DNA of 64,000 nucleotides from Eledone cirrhosa. Its lineage: Eukaryota. Below are positions 1 through 13,921 of the stretch, piece by piece. A program made the translations under genes and the position numbers. Position 1 is the first letter of the stretch. Each line of letters starts with the position of its first letter. Where the stretch lies: the NCBI GenBank assembly GCA_964016885.1, contig OZ024747.1, forward strand, positions 10,726,001-10,790,000, read 5' to 3'. Below the pieces are notes generated by a model, which saw only the letters and a program-made list of their open reading frames with translations, did not search any database and had not been told where the DNA came from.

Positions 1-41
1 TATGGAAGCTAGGTGTAGAGGTGCAATCCTCTATCCATTAT

Positions 42-144
42 GCCGAGGTTAACTTTGCCTTTCATCCTTATAGGGTCGATAAAATAAAGTACCAGTAATG
101 CACTGGGTAATTGCTGGCCTTGTGCCAAAAGTAGAAACAATTAT
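42..144 (+). mobile_element. SINE, 5-prime truncated copy of the main family
   Basis: GCCGAGGTTAACTTTGCCTTTCATCC...GATAAAATAAAGTACCAGT...GTAGAAACAATTAT, shared with more than 20 copies in the window. Confidence 0.85.
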
Positions 145-159
145 TTAGTATTGTCCTTA

Positions 160-965
160 CAGGCCATTGTGGAAGAGTTTCAAATGGGAACAACTAGGGA
201 GAGTCAGTGGCAACATTCTAGACATGAAAGAAAACCAGAGAATCAAAAGGCCTAAAAATAAACTTAGCCAAGAATAAAGTCTTTATAAGAAGGAAGGGGG
301 ACAGGAATCTGATACCATCAGGGAAGTGGCCTTGCTTGGTGTGTTGGAGAGTGGGTAGAAACTCCATAAGGTGCATACATTGTAATCTATGGATGTACAA
401 GAGGTGCAGTGGGATTGCAGTTAGGTTAATGGAGAGGATAGACTTTGTATGTGGCAGATGTAGAGAAGTAAGCATTACGAGCACACAGGAAAGATTTCCT
501 CAGCTGCAAGGGGTGGCTCTTTAGATGTTATTGACAGCTTTTGTTACTAAGGGTACCCAATTAGCAATTGGGGAAGATGCTATGAAAGCCAGGATAAGAA
601 TGGGTTGGAAGAAGCAAAAAATTACTTTTTACCCTGATTGAGGAGCAATATGAATGGTGCCCACATTTGAACTGCAATACAAGATGGCAGTGAGACAATA
701 TTTACGAAGGCTAGAAAGAAATGAAGTGAGTATGCTGTGATTGGTGTGCATGAATGATGTAACAGAAGAGGGATTAGATGTAAAGTGCAAGAAGACTGCA
801 CTGGTGTAGCCATGATGTGTATGGAAGATGACAGATATAAATAAAAGTACAGAGAAATTTCAGTGGATGGAACTTGTGGAAGAAGTAGACATAAGAAAAC
901 ATGGGATAAGGTAGTGAAAACCAACTATGAGAAACTGGACCTTTCAACTGAGATGACAAAGATCT
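160..965 (+). mobile_element. Decayed RTE-like LINE fragment (RT C-terminal part with an inserted Cys/His finger)
   Basis: Broken frames read ESKGLKINLAKNKV, GKWPCLVC..VGRNSIRCIHCNLWMYKRCSGI..FVCGRC, LDVIDSFCY, ARIRMGWKK and RKTW..EMTK, with many stops and frameshifts. Confidence 0.8.
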
Positions 966-1410
966 GCGAGCCCCTAGCCTGCGTTAGTGGTCAGTAGTTC
1001 TGCTTGAGTACTGACCCAGTCTGTGATCGCCCATCAAATGTGGTGAATTCAACCGATTAAAAGAAAGATTCTTTAAGATCTCATTGAGAATTCTTCTGTT
1101 CAATGTTGTCCTAATGGGCAGGTGTTACTAGCCTCAACTTCCCATTCACCTCCTGAGATTAAAGAACTGTTAACTTTAAATACTGATAAAGATGTTAAAT
1201 TTAGATCTCATATTGTAGCTGTCACGTCTTCAGACATAAAGGGCACTAAAGAACATCATAATCCATTAGGAGTGATTGTATGATTGTATACTCATACAAT
1301 ATCGATGGCAAGGCCGTCCATCGATTGCCTCACAGATCATGAACCACGTTCTGCTACCGTTTCCATTACTATTTCTGTCTAAATACATACTACCGGAATA
1401 TATAATACAA

Positions 1411-1670
1411 TGATTGTTTCTATTTTTGGCATAAGGCCAGCAATTACACCAACGCATTACTGGTACTTTATTTTATCGAAACCGTAAGGATGAAAGGCAA
1501 AGTTAACCTCGGCGGGATTTGAACTCAGAATGGCAAGGGCCGTAACTATGCGTCAAAGCATGGCGTCCGACCCTCTGCCGATACTGCCAATCCACCGCCG
1601 TTGAGTTTCTACTTTTGGCGAAAGGCCAGCGATTACCCCAGTGCATCACTGGTACTTTATTTTATCGACC
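1411..1670 (-). mobile_element. tRNA-derived SINE: one full copy plus a partial second copy
   Basis: A-box-like TGGCAGTATCGG, B-box GAGTTCAAATCC and central TTGCCTTTCATCCTTACGG..GATAAAATAAAGTACCAG (resembles the Meta/MESC SINE domain, from memory). Confidence 0.9.
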
Positions 1671-2403
1671 AATATATATAACACAATGATATCAATGCAA
1701 AACACTATTCTCAAGATAGCATGTTCGCACTAACGGAAGCCCAACACACACACGACGATCTGTTGATACATACACTTATATACAAATACACGTATACACA
1801 GATACAAATATATATAATTATGTAAAACTCATTTCTGTCTTATTCCTTATGCTTTTCTCAAATACCCCCCCCCCCCCTACCATTATCTCCTTAATAGTCT
1901 ATCACACGATCCCTTCCACCACCCCCACCACCACTATTGCACTATAGAAGACAGGGTCCTTAAGAAATACAACAGTTAGTAAGGAGGGGGGGGGGCTAAG
2001 ATGTTTAAAAAGAGTGTGAGGTTGTAAGGGGACGGGGAGGGCATGGCTGCACTAGGTCTTCCCCCTCACCCTACTTCGCCCCCTTCTTCAGACACACAGA
2101 CAGACAAAAATCCATGCTGTATGTAGACGACAAGGAGGCTATTTTAGGTCAGTTCCACCCTCCACCACCACAACATTCGCCCCCCCTCCCTTTGCTTCTT
2201 TTCTTTTCCCCTTCCTAAATAGATTTAAATGAAATGGGAAGACGGACGTGATGGTGGATGGAAGAGGAGGGAGCAGATACAAAAAAGAGAAAAAAGGGTC
2301 CCATTTAGGGAGATATCACGACCCTCTCTCTCTCTCTCTGTATGTGTGTATGTATGTATGTATGTATATATATATGCATATATATGGAAGGTGTATATAT
2401 ATG

Positions 2404-2437
<34 letters not shown>

Positions 2438-2457
2438 CATATATGTATATATATACA

Positions 2458-2488
<31 letters not shown>

Positions 2489-2521
2489 GTATATATATAC
2501 ATATATATATACATATATACA

Positions 2522-2559
<38 letters not shown>

Positions 2560-2579
2560 CATATATACATATGTATACA

Positions 2580-2618
<39 letters not shown>

Positions 2619-2741
2619 GTATACATATATATATATATATATACATATATACGATATTAACAAATGGAAACTATATTTATAAAACCATATTTATTTCATT
2701 ATACATATTTCAAGGACACCAAGTTAAATTATAAGTTAAAT

Positions 2742-3135
2742 TATAATTGTTTCTACTTTAGGCACAAGGCCAGCAATTACCCAGTGCATTACTGGTACTT
2801 TATTTTATCGACCCCGTAAAGATGAAAGGCAAAGTCAACCTTGGCGGGATTTGAACTCAGATCATAAAGGGACGTAACTATGCTGGAAAGCATGGCGTCC
2901 GACCCTCTACCGATACTGCCAATCAACCGCCCTAATTATAAGTTAAATTATAATTGTTTCTACTTTTGGCACAAGGCCAGCAATTAACCCAGTGTATTAC
3001 TGGTACTTTATTTTATCGACCCCGAAAGGATGAAAGGCAAAGTTAACCTCGGCGGGATTTGAACTCAGAATGGCAAGGGCCGTAACTCTATGCGTCAAAG
3101 CATGGCGTCCGACCCTCTACTGGTACTGCCAATCC
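2742..3135 (-). mobile_element. Two tandem copies of the main SINE
   Basis: Copies at about 2742-2932 and 2950-3135, each preceded by AAGTTAAATTATAA. They lie between the arms of a fold-back element. Confidence 0.9.
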
Positions 3136-3227
3136 TAAATTATAATGACTATCCGGGAGCTTCCAACAGAAATGGTTGCATTCTTTAAGGGTATGTCAAT
3201 ATTTATTTATAAAACTGATCTATATTA

Positions 3228-3292
3228 TATTTTATCTGATGAAAGCACGCCATAATTTAACTTGGTGTCCTTGAAATATGTATAATGAAATA
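3228..3292 (+). ncRNA. Minimal type I hammerhead ribozyme motif
   Basis: Stem I TATTTTAT / ATGAAATA; CTGATGA at 3236-3242; stem II AAGCACGCCA / TGGTGTCCTT; GAAA at 3273-3276; short stem III TATGTA; UA at the cleavage site. Confidence 0.75.
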
Positions 3293-3618
3293 AATATGGT
3301 TTTATAAATATAGTTTCCATTTGTTAATATCGTATTTTTACTCCAAATATTTGTTGAGTGCTTTATATCAGTTATAAAAATATTTGCTTGCTGTATCCCA
3401 ACAATTTAAATAGAACTCTTACATATACATATATATATATATATATATACACATATATATATATATACATATACACATATATATACATATATACACATAT
3501 ACATATATATACATATATATATATACATATACATATATACACATATATATATACACATATATATATACATATATACATATACATATATATACATATATAC
3601 ATATATACATATACATAT

Positions 3619-3653
<35 letters not shown>

Positions 3654-4200
3654 GGATGGTTAACGACGAAGTCATTTCGTGACAAATCTCAGATCTTAAA
3701 GAAAAAAAGGCCTATTGGGTACACCGTACCTGATAAAAGGGGATGTGCGTGGTTGGAATGCTTTTGATCATAGGTCTGCTCAGTCACCGGTTTGGACCTA
3801 GTTGGTCACTATAAGATTATAGTCATCGAACTTGTACCATCACTTGTCAAAACCTTCTACTCGACTTGCCATAAATACCAACCAAATAAACACCTCCTTC
3901 TTCACCTACCATTAGAAATAAACACTAATCTCTTTCCTATACAGTTCTAACCAGATGGACAGAAAGAGATCCCATAATATTTAAAGGTGTCCCGGATAAA
4001 CCCCCTACACCCAGATATGTCTCCGTAAACAACTCTTTACCAGAGTGGGTCACGGTGTCCAAAACATGACGAGGTGGTGCTAATAGGTTAGACATTGCCT
4101 GGGCCAACACTGGCCGAAACCTATCAAAGTTATAACATTGATTTGATAGGTTTCGACCAGTATTCGCCCAGACCACGTCTAACTTAATAGCACCACCTGG

Positions 4201-4344
<144 letters not shown>

Positions 4345-4588
4345 GTGTGTGTGTGTGTGTGTGACAGAAATTCCCTCAAATCCCAATAAACCAACACACA
4401 TAAACAGACGTACATATACAACATACACACACACACACTTGACGTAATGCATCTTACGACATATTCATACACACCCATTAGTTATGTACACAACACCTAC
4501 CCACAAAGACCAAACGGACACACACACACACACACACACACACATTAAATACTATACAGACATTTTTTGACAGAAAAAGAGCTATAAA

Positions 4589-4678
<90 letters not shown>

Positions 4679-4762
4679 CTTCGACAGGCGAGAGTGGGTG
4701 GGGTGGCGAGAGAGAGAGAGGGGGTGTATCAGTGTAAGAAAGAGCTGTCTTACACACATCTT

Positions 4763-4797
<35 letters not shown>

Positions 4798-4835
4798 AGA
4801 GGGGGAGAGAGAGAGAGAGAGAGAAGAGGGAGAGA

Positions 4836-4873
<38 letters not shown>

Positions 4874-5007
4874 AAGCAGTAGATATGGCGGTGCTTGTAA
4901 GCCTGGTCGGCCCAGAAGGGTAACGAAGCATAGAGAAAGGGAAAAGACAGGGAGTTGGTCCTTAGTGGGAACCCAGCAAGCTAGTAGAATGAGTAGTAGA
5001 CTAGCTA

Positions 5008-5056
<49 letters not shown>

Positions 5057-5282
5057 GTGTATATGTATGTATGTGTCTAGGTGTATATGTATGTGTATGT
5101 GCGAGTAATGTGACGAAGAAGGAGAATAACATTGAAAGTGAATGACGTTATAAAACTATTAATATACAGTGTGTGTATATGTACGTACACACACACACAC
5201 ACACATATATATATAAATACATGCACACACATATATAAATAAATACACACACACACACATATATATATAAATACATGCACAC

Positions 5283-5313
<31 letters not shown>

Positions 5314-5659
5314 CACACACACACATATATATATATAAATATATACATACATATACACACACACACATATATATATATAAATATATACATACATACACAC
5401 ACACACACCCCTGAATTTAGTACTTTAATATATTTGCAAGTAAAACAGTAAACACATCCACACACATATGTGTGGATGTGTTTATATGAAAACGTGTGTA
5501 TATTGTCACCAGTCTGTGTGTATATTGTCACCAGTCTGTGTGTATATTGTCACCAGTCTTGTGTGTATGAATGTTAAGAGAATGTTGTGTTCTCGGAATA
5601 TCCACACAGACTGACAGCAAGAAACCATTTCAAAGTTTGTTTTTTTAAACAGTTGTATA

Positions 5660-5805
5660 TAATTGTTTCTACTTTAGGCACAAGGCCAGCAATTACCCAG
5701 TGCATTACTGGTACTTTATTTTATCGACCCCGTAAGGATGAAAGGCAAAGTTAACCTCGGCGGGATTTTAAATGGACGTAACTATGCTGCAAAGCATGGC
5801 GTCCA
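5660..5805 (-). mobile_element. Main SINE, internally deleted copy
   Basis: Matches the family consensus; the B-box region is partly deleted. Confidence 0.85.
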
Positions 5806-5841
5806 TAATAAAGTCTGATAGGAAGATCTATCCCCTTCTAA

Positions 5842-6164
5842 ATTATACAGGTTCCTGCTAACCCCTGGATTATACAGGTTCCTGCTAATCCCAGAATTAT
5901 ACAGGTTCCTACTAAGCCCCAGAATTATACAGGTTCCTGCTAGCCCCTGGATTATACAGGTTCCTGCTGATCCCAGAATTATACAGGTTCCTGCTAGCCC
6001 CTGGATTATACAGGTTCCTGCTAACCCCAGAATTATACAGGTTCCTGCTAACCCCAGAATTATACAGGTTCCTGCTAGCCCCTGGATTATACAGGTTGCT
6101 GCTAATCTCAGAATTATACAGGTTCCTGCTAACCCCTGGATTATACAGGTTCCTGCTAGCCCCT
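5842..6164. repeat. 27-bp minisatellite, about 12 copies
   Basis: Unit GATTATACAGGTTCCTGCTAACCCCTG. Confidence 0.95.
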
Positions 6165-7155
6165 AATAAAATATATACACAGAAATTTCTCATACCATTC
6201 TATTTATACACTAAGATATAGATGACAGTGTTCCAAAGTATACACACAAATAATTCAAGCATACTTACAAAACCATAAATAACTTTAAAATACGTTTTCC
6301 TCCGATTTGTAAAGAACTTTTCTGAAATCATTAGTGTGAGGCAGCACTGGTATGTTGTTCTAGTGTCAACTATATGGTAACAGTGATTACCAGGTGGGGA
6401 TATTTGAAATAAGGGTGCTTAACAGAGTTTGCGCTCGTTTTATGTCTAAACACACAGATTTCGCAATTTGTTACATTGTTAGAGTATGTCAGCGTTGTTA
6501 TGTAGCCATAAGTATGTCAGTCACGACTGAGGAGAGCTATCTATGATAAAAGACGTTCCAGTGGTGACTATCCAAGTCAGTTTTGTTTGTTTTGTTTCCA
6601 GGTAGAGTGTTAAGTAGGTCTACATTATCCAATGTGTCCTGTCATATAAGAAACAGACGACATAGCTTCTGTCACTTTACTGTATATTTATTCTAACACC
6701 AGGACAACTCTATTCTAAGTTGTGTAATCTGCCATTTTTAGTTTTCTTTGCCAAGTTAAGTGTGACTAAGACTACATTGATATATTGTTTGAAAGGGAGG
6801 ATATGGCAAAAGGTAGTGACCCTAACACACACACACACACACATGAATATATATATATATATATATACAGGTCTGTTTTTATCATTTATTTTGTTTGACC
6901 TGTTTAGCTTGATTTGTTTTTTGGCTTAGGTGGTTAATGCCTTCTTGACCACTTTTCAGTTTGTATGGTGTTTTAACATATTGTTTAGCTCTAGTTTTCT
7001 TAACTATTGGAGCGCTTGCCAGCATTTCTACGATTTTGCGTTTCGTTTCGCTTTTTCTACCAGCCGAAATACGATTCTCGCTGAATTTATATTTATAAAT
7101 ATATATATGGCGGTGCCCCAGCATGGCCTCAGTCTGTCGACTCAACACGGAATAA

Positions 7156-7195
<40 letters not shown>

Positions 7196-7197
<2 letters not shown>

Positions 7198-7385
7198 CAA
7201 AGGAATTGTGGTAAGGAACCAGATGGACCATAACGCACCAGAGTACTCAATACATAGGGTAGTAGAGTGGGTAATAGGAAAAGGTATGACCCCGACGGCA
7301 GAGCTCAAGCAGTTTCGACGGCTATTTCCAGAAATAGCCGTCGAAACGGCTTGAGCTCTGCCATCGGGGTCATACTTTTTCCTAT
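7196..7385 (-). mobile_element. Fold-back non-coding element in (TA)n (family A)
   Basis: Arms of about 55 bp around 7330 plus a one-sided tail containing GAGTACTC. Other copies at 13425-13616, 16262-16402, 43805-43937, 44421-44505 and 48625-48817. Confidence 0.8.
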
Positions 7386-7549
7386 ATATATATATATATA
7401 TATATTATATTATATATATACATACACATACACATACCAGGCCTGAAATCAACTAGAACGAGACCAGTTTGGTGCATACCATGGAAAACAAATTTGTATG
7501 TAACCATTATAGACATATGTGTACAAGAGGGAGGATGTGTCCAGCATTA

Positions 7550-8430
7550 ATTCAAGGGCGAAAGTTTGTCTATTTGTCTTGAAAAAACTCCCTTATTTCT
7601 CAGTGAAATCTTCAAATTTTGTACAGATCCAGATCCACCTCAGAATATTCGTGAATTTAAAAAAATCCCGACTTCTAACCAATAGGCTGAACTAAAGGAG
7701 ATAGAAAAAGACTGAAAGATCCAATGGGCTGCAGTTGAGAATGATTATATTGCTGAAATGACATTAAAACATTGTTCTAATATAGATCATTTTTTAAAAC
7801 CCCTTTAATCCTTCTGTTTAGCTAGACTTCTGGTGTCCTTGGCCCTAGGGCTACCTCCCTATTCACCACCATAGGCGCTGAGCTGGCCAGCCGAAGGTGT
7901 GAGCCTCGTGAGTTGGAATGGCTCTTCCAGCGCATCTCCCTTACCACCCTCCGGGGAAACGCCTTCTCCATCCTGTCCGCCGGGGTTGTGGGGACGCCAG
8001 CACGTGGAACCCCATTTGCTCACCATACGGATTAATAGGCAAAGTTATAAACTATTATATGTATTCATTGTGGTCAGTAAATTATTTCTCATGGCGTGTG
8101 TGTATATTAGCATATTAATTCATGTATACGCACAATGTGTTTATGCCTGCATTCGCGATCTGTGCATGAACTCGTATATACGCATTGCATGTTTACAAGT
8201 GGATTTATAGGCTAATATGCACCTATGAACACGTGTGAATATATTCTATATACGTATAATTACTCTGTCTGCATGTGTGTGTCTGAACTAATGTACCATG
8301 AAGACTAAATGTTTGTAAATCGATGTTTCTAAAATAATCCATAAAAACTATGTATAAAAGTTGAACAAATGGAAAAAAAAGAATGTTTCTATAGATTTGG
8401 AACCCAGGCAATGCTGAGTACCACTACTAG
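7550..8430 (+). mobile_element. Probable Helitron-type element (3-prime end clear, 5-prime end uncertain)
   Basis: Degenerate subterminal hairpin ACCCAGGCAATGCTGAGT followed by ACCACTACTAG|T at 8402-8431. Confidence 0.5.
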
Positions 8431-9016
8431 TTTTTAATAAGATATATATACAGGAATTATGTTGTTATCTATAAGTCGATGTTGAATGAGTGTATATAAT
8501 TGATTGGTAGAAACGACCGTATCTTCCTTTGATTACACGACCGTATCGTTTTCTATATATATATTCACTTGACGACTACAAAAGCTACCATCGGCGAAAC
8601 TTCGATGTCATTAGTCAACAAATTATACACAAATATTAGTCTATGCACGTCTACTGATGTGTAGAGCCTAAATCTTCTATTCAGTACTCAGAGCGCGCGC
8701 ACGCACACCCACACCCACACACACAATATAAGCTGTTTATCCAAGCTTACGTTAGCGCTTCGACAAATAAATACCGATGGAATAACTATTGGGGTCGATA
8801 TAATGGACTACAAATTTTGAGCAGTGCTCCAGCATGGTCGCGATCCAATAGCTGTATGTCTATTTTAACACCAGTACAACTCTATCATAGAAGAGTTATA
8901 ATCAAAAACATGTACAGTTGTGTAACTTGCCCGTTTTTTTGTTTTCTTTGGTTAATGTTTTTCTTCTTTGCCAAGTTGTGTCTAAGACTATATTGATATG
9001 TTGTTTGAAAAAAAGG

Positions 9017-9611
9017 GATGAAAAGACTGGACGAAGGAGAGAAAGCAGTCGAGATGTTCACGGGAGAAAGAGGTGGCGCCGGTACAGTCGTCGATGTAAA
9101 TACCGTATAGGTCAAGGGGAGGTCCAGTCTACTGGGAGAAGATCTGGGCTTCGACGTAGCCAACAAATTGACACCGTTCGGACTCATTCTGGTGTCCAGG
9201 GCTACCCCAGAGACATGCTGGGAAAACTCTCCAGAAAAGGAAAACCCATTGAGGGTCAGAACAAGTTCAGTAAGACGGAGCAGAGTGGATGTGCTAGGGT
9301 ATGGGGTAGGGCGTAGGTCCCGTTATCGTGAAGGAAGACGGTACAGAGAGAGGTGATGTCCAGAGTGAAGAGAAGGCGAGAGGGGCCAGGAGGATTTGAA
9401 AAGTCTAAGGGCAAGATTGGTGTCGTGGATGTGGGAGGGGAGATCAGCGACTAAGAAGGTGAGGAGGGTATTGAGGTATTGCGAGATGATTTCGGTGGGG
9501 CAGTCAGTTACAGGCTAAAACGATAGGACGGCCGGGATTATTAGGCTTGTGTGTTTTGAGGAGGAAGTAGATGGTTGGTGTGCGTGGGGTGCGTACAATG
9601 AAGTTGGTGGC
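9017..9611 (-). mobile_element. Penelope-like element reverse transcriptase fragment, pseudogenised
   Basis: PRTPTIYFLLKTHKPNNPGRPIV, QHVSGVALDTRMSPN and, after a frameshift, GYVEAQIFSQ*TGPPLDLYGIYIDDCTGA (YIDD catalytic motif). The fragment abuts a (TA)n tract. Confidence 0.88.
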
Positions 9612-9661
9612 TATATATATATATATATATATATATATTTTAATAGATCGGCAGCCATATT

Positions 9662-9704
<43 letters not shown>

Positions 9705-10212
9705 TATTATATGTGTATGTCTATATACACATATACATACTATTTTCGGTGAGAAAAAGAAAATAATAAGGCGAAGATGGGGAGTGGGTGATGTGCCAGT
9801 GACGCCATATTGACAGGAAGTCAATTAAATAGACTCCAAGGATTTGTGTGTGTGTGTGTGTGTGTGTGTAAGTCTTAATTCAATTGAAATATATTGAGGA
9901 CAGTCTCTCTCTCTCAGTATCCACACACACACACATACAGAGCAATATATACATAAAACACTTAATATTAGCCAAATATTCACATGCAAACAAAGGCTTT
10001 CACGCATGTATAGAAAATATACGTGTATGTATGTCTACACACACATTATGTATGTGTGCACATATATGTATGTATGTATATAGATCTAGTTGTTGAAACG
10101 ACAAGAGCTTGGCCGTCGGGCCGAGCCCAGACTTTTTCTAATATATATATATAATATATATATACACTTCATATATTTAGGTACACGTTCAATATATATT
10201 TATATATATATA

Positions 10213-11105
10213 CTAGCATTAAAGCCCGGCGTTGCTCGGGGTCAGTAAGTTACCAAAGTTAGGTTGCACCACCCATTTTATGGCAGCACTTTTTTGTCTG
10301 CCAGGCACTGGGTGAATGAATTGCAGACCTGGACTGCCGAAGCAGGAGCTGCGCCAGCAGTGACAATTGTAGTTTCGCCTATGGATATTATCTCTGTGCA
10401 AAGAAGTGTTGAAATTTATTGTTTCACAGTACTTGCGCAACACGCGCGTAGACGATGCCAACCGAACAACGGAGCTGCGATGGAGTTGTTCTGCATGGTT
10501 GTCTAATGTGGGTTTTCTAAATTTAAGACAGTAGGGAGGGGTGTGATATGGGGGAGAGTTAGCTGCTGTTTCTAGCAGGTTTAGTGACCTCATAGAGGAT
10601 ACTATTGTGTATAGTAAATGAACTGATACTTCTTTCTTCCATGTTCGTTGAGAAATGTTTTAAAAAAGATTTATTGCTATTTTTGTTGTTGTTGAATAAA
10701 TTTATCTGTTGCTTTTGAATAATTGTTGTTTCGTATGAAATGTAATAAGTTCTCGTTGTCATTGAAGTAAATAAATGTTTGACCATTCCACACTCAAAAA
10801 CAAACGTTCTCTCTCTCTCTTCTTTCTTCGGCGTTCCTAAAGGAAGTTTGTAAGTTTAGGCGTATATAAGAGAAAGTTGCAGCATGTATGTAGTTTTATC
10901 GAATTTTAAGGGGAGTAGAGAGAGGAATCAGATTGTATTAGAGGGGTAAAGCGTCATGTATTTAGTTTTATCGATTATTTCCGTAATTGTGGGTGAGTTT
11001 GAATGAAATAAATAGTCGTTGACCTAAGTTAGACCATTTACAACATTCTTACAGACTTTGAGTCGTATCGGTTTGAAATTGTGCAAATGTATAAACATGG
11101 AACAT

Positions 11106-11147
<42 letters not shown>

Positions 11148-11171
11148 CAACCTGCCTTTTATAGATAATGA
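10213..11171 (-). mobile_element. Non-autonomous Helitron-type element
   Basis: On the minus strand it begins A|TCATTATCTATAAAAGGCAGG followed by (GT)n. It ends with the hairpin CCCGAGCAACGCCGGG and then TTTAATGCTAG|T: an A|TC...CTAG|T junction with no TSD. Confidence 0.8.
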
Positions 11172-11312
11172 TATATATATACATATATATATATACATAT
11201 ATATACATATACACATATATATATACATATATATATATACACATATATATATACACATATATATATACATATATATATACATATATATATACATATATAT
11301 ATATGTATATAC

Positions 11313-11345
<33 letters not shown>

Positions 11346-11876
11346 CATATATATATACATATATATATACAAATATATATACATATATACATATGTATAT
11401 ACATACATATATATATACATATATATATACATATATATACACATATATATACATACACATATATATATACGTATATATATACATATATATATACATATAT
11501 ATATACACACATATATATACATATATATATATATATATGAAATATAAGAATCAAAGAGCTGTTCAAAACATTTCTGTGCTTACAACTGTTTCCTCCAAAC
11601 CGAGGTTTGGATTCTTCGGAGCAATTTATTAATGAATGGACAGTTATATGACCTCCTTTTCACCCAAGAGGCATACAGATACATATGCAAATATTGTGGG
11701 TCAACATTCATTACAGCATTTAGAGTGGCAGTACACACTTAGAGATTACATTCATATTAAGAGGTACAATCAAAAATCAAAAATACAGATTAAAATACAT
11801 GAAATACTAATTAATACTATATATATATATATATACATATATATATACATATATATATATATACATATATATATAC

Positions 11877-11909
<33 letters not shown>

Positions 11910-11944
11910 CATATATATATACATATATATACATATATATATAC

Positions 11945-11977
<33 letters not shown>

Positions 11978-11978
11978 C

Positions 11979-12033
<55 letters not shown>

Positions 12034-12054
12034 CATATATATACATATATATAC

Positions 12055-12091
<37 letters not shown>

Positions 12092-12112
12092 CATATATAT
12101 ACATATATATAC

Positions 12113-12169
<57 letters not shown>

Positions 12170-12210
12170 CATATATATACATACATATATATATATATAC
12201 ATATATATAC

Positions 12211-12275
<65 letters not shown>

Positions 12276-12298
12276 CATATATATATATACATATATAC

Positions 12299-12329
<31 letters not shown>

Positions 12330-12432
12330 CATATATACATATATATACATATATATATATACATATATACATACATATATATATATACATATATATATAC
12401 ATATATACATATATATATATACATATATATAT

Positions 12433-12487
<55 letters not shown>

Positions 12488-12938
12488 CATATATATATAT
12501 ACATATACATATATATATATACATATATACATATACATATATATATATACATATACATACATATATATATACACACACACACCTACGTGTGTAGCCTTTA
12601 TAACTGAGTGAAAGAGGCAATTTCATTAGATAACATGGAAGCCTCGACCCAGTTTCAATTCACATTTGAAATCAATTGCCAATGTCCTCCAGTGGGGATG
12701 ATGATATGTGTGTAATGAGGAGAAGAAATGTGCAAACATAAACATCACTTCATTCTTCTACCGCTCCTCCATAGACCTAAACAAAACCCGAGAGCTGTGT
12801 ATGAAGAAATATACGAAATATGTACAATAGACATATTAGAGTCTCGCTGTGGATATTGCATTCTGTGATCATGTGTTTGTAGATTATCCATCACCAGTGT
12901 TTAGTCAATTGGTAATGAGATAAGAATGAAGTACAGTT

Positions 12939-12999
<61 letters not shown>

Positions 13000-13424
13000 C
13001 GATGTTAGGCTTATGTATAACATAAGCCAAAACATGTTCTCTTCAGATAAAATCCACTGGAGATGTGTGTGTGTGTGTGTATATATATGTACCTTTGAAA
13101 TACGCATAATAAAATATATATTTTGATTATGAGAATATGGAAGTAAAACGGAAGTAAAACGGTTATGTTAATAACAACAACAACAATAATAATAAACGAA
13201 AGGCAGTTACTTTAGTCCATCCCAATTTATTTTATTACAAGTATTTCGATGTTAGGCTTATGTATAACATAAGCCAAAACATGTTCTCTTCAGATAAAAT
13301 CCACTGGAGATGTGTGTGTGTGTGTATATATATGTACCTTTGAAATACGCATAATAAAATATATATTTTGATTATGAGAATATTTTTCATTTGTGGATAT
13401 TGCATTTAAATATATATATATATA

Positions 13425-13616
13425 TGAAAAGGTTTGACCCCGACGGCAGAGCTCAAGCCTTTTCGACGGCTATTTCTGGACTAAAATAGACGTCGAAACG
13501 ACTTGAGCTCTGCCGTCGGGGTCAAACCTTTTCCCATTACCCACTTTACTATCCTAAGTATTAAGTACTCTGGTGAGTTATGGTCCATCTGGTTCCTTAC
13601 CACACTTCCTTCGTTA
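13425..13616 (+). mobile_element. Fold-back element, family A
   Basis: GACCCCGACGGCAGAGCTCAAG...CTTGAGCTCTGCCGTCGGGGTC plus tail; (TA)n on both sides. Confidence 0.8.
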
Positions 13617-13719
13617 TATATATATATAGAAGTGGTTACACAACAGTTAGTTCACCATACCGAGAACAATTGTTTCACCTTAGCGGATCCTCAGCTCGGA
13701 ATGGGCATGGTTATAGGAA

Positions 13720-13767
13720 CATTCCGAGCTGAGGATCCGCTAAGGTGAAACAATTGTTCTCGGTATG
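13720..13767 (+). ncRNA. Minimal type I hammerhead ribozyme motif (mirror copy on the minus strand at 13656-13703)
   Basis: CATTCCGAG-CTGAGGA-TCCGCTAAGGT-GAAA-CAATTG(palindrome)-TT-CTCGGTATG. Confidence 0.75.
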
Positions 13768-13882
13768 GTGAACTAACTGTTGTTTAACCACTTCTACCTA
13801 ACTCGTCCCATGGACTGAATGCTCTACCACTACGGATATTACCTTCCAGTGTTCCACCACTATACACAATATATATATATAT

Positions 13883-13921
<39 letters not shown>

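Noticed and set aside
12995-13382. Direct repeat of about 140 bp as an LTR pair
   Set aside because: No TG...CA ends, primer-binding site or internal coding region; it looks like a local duplication.
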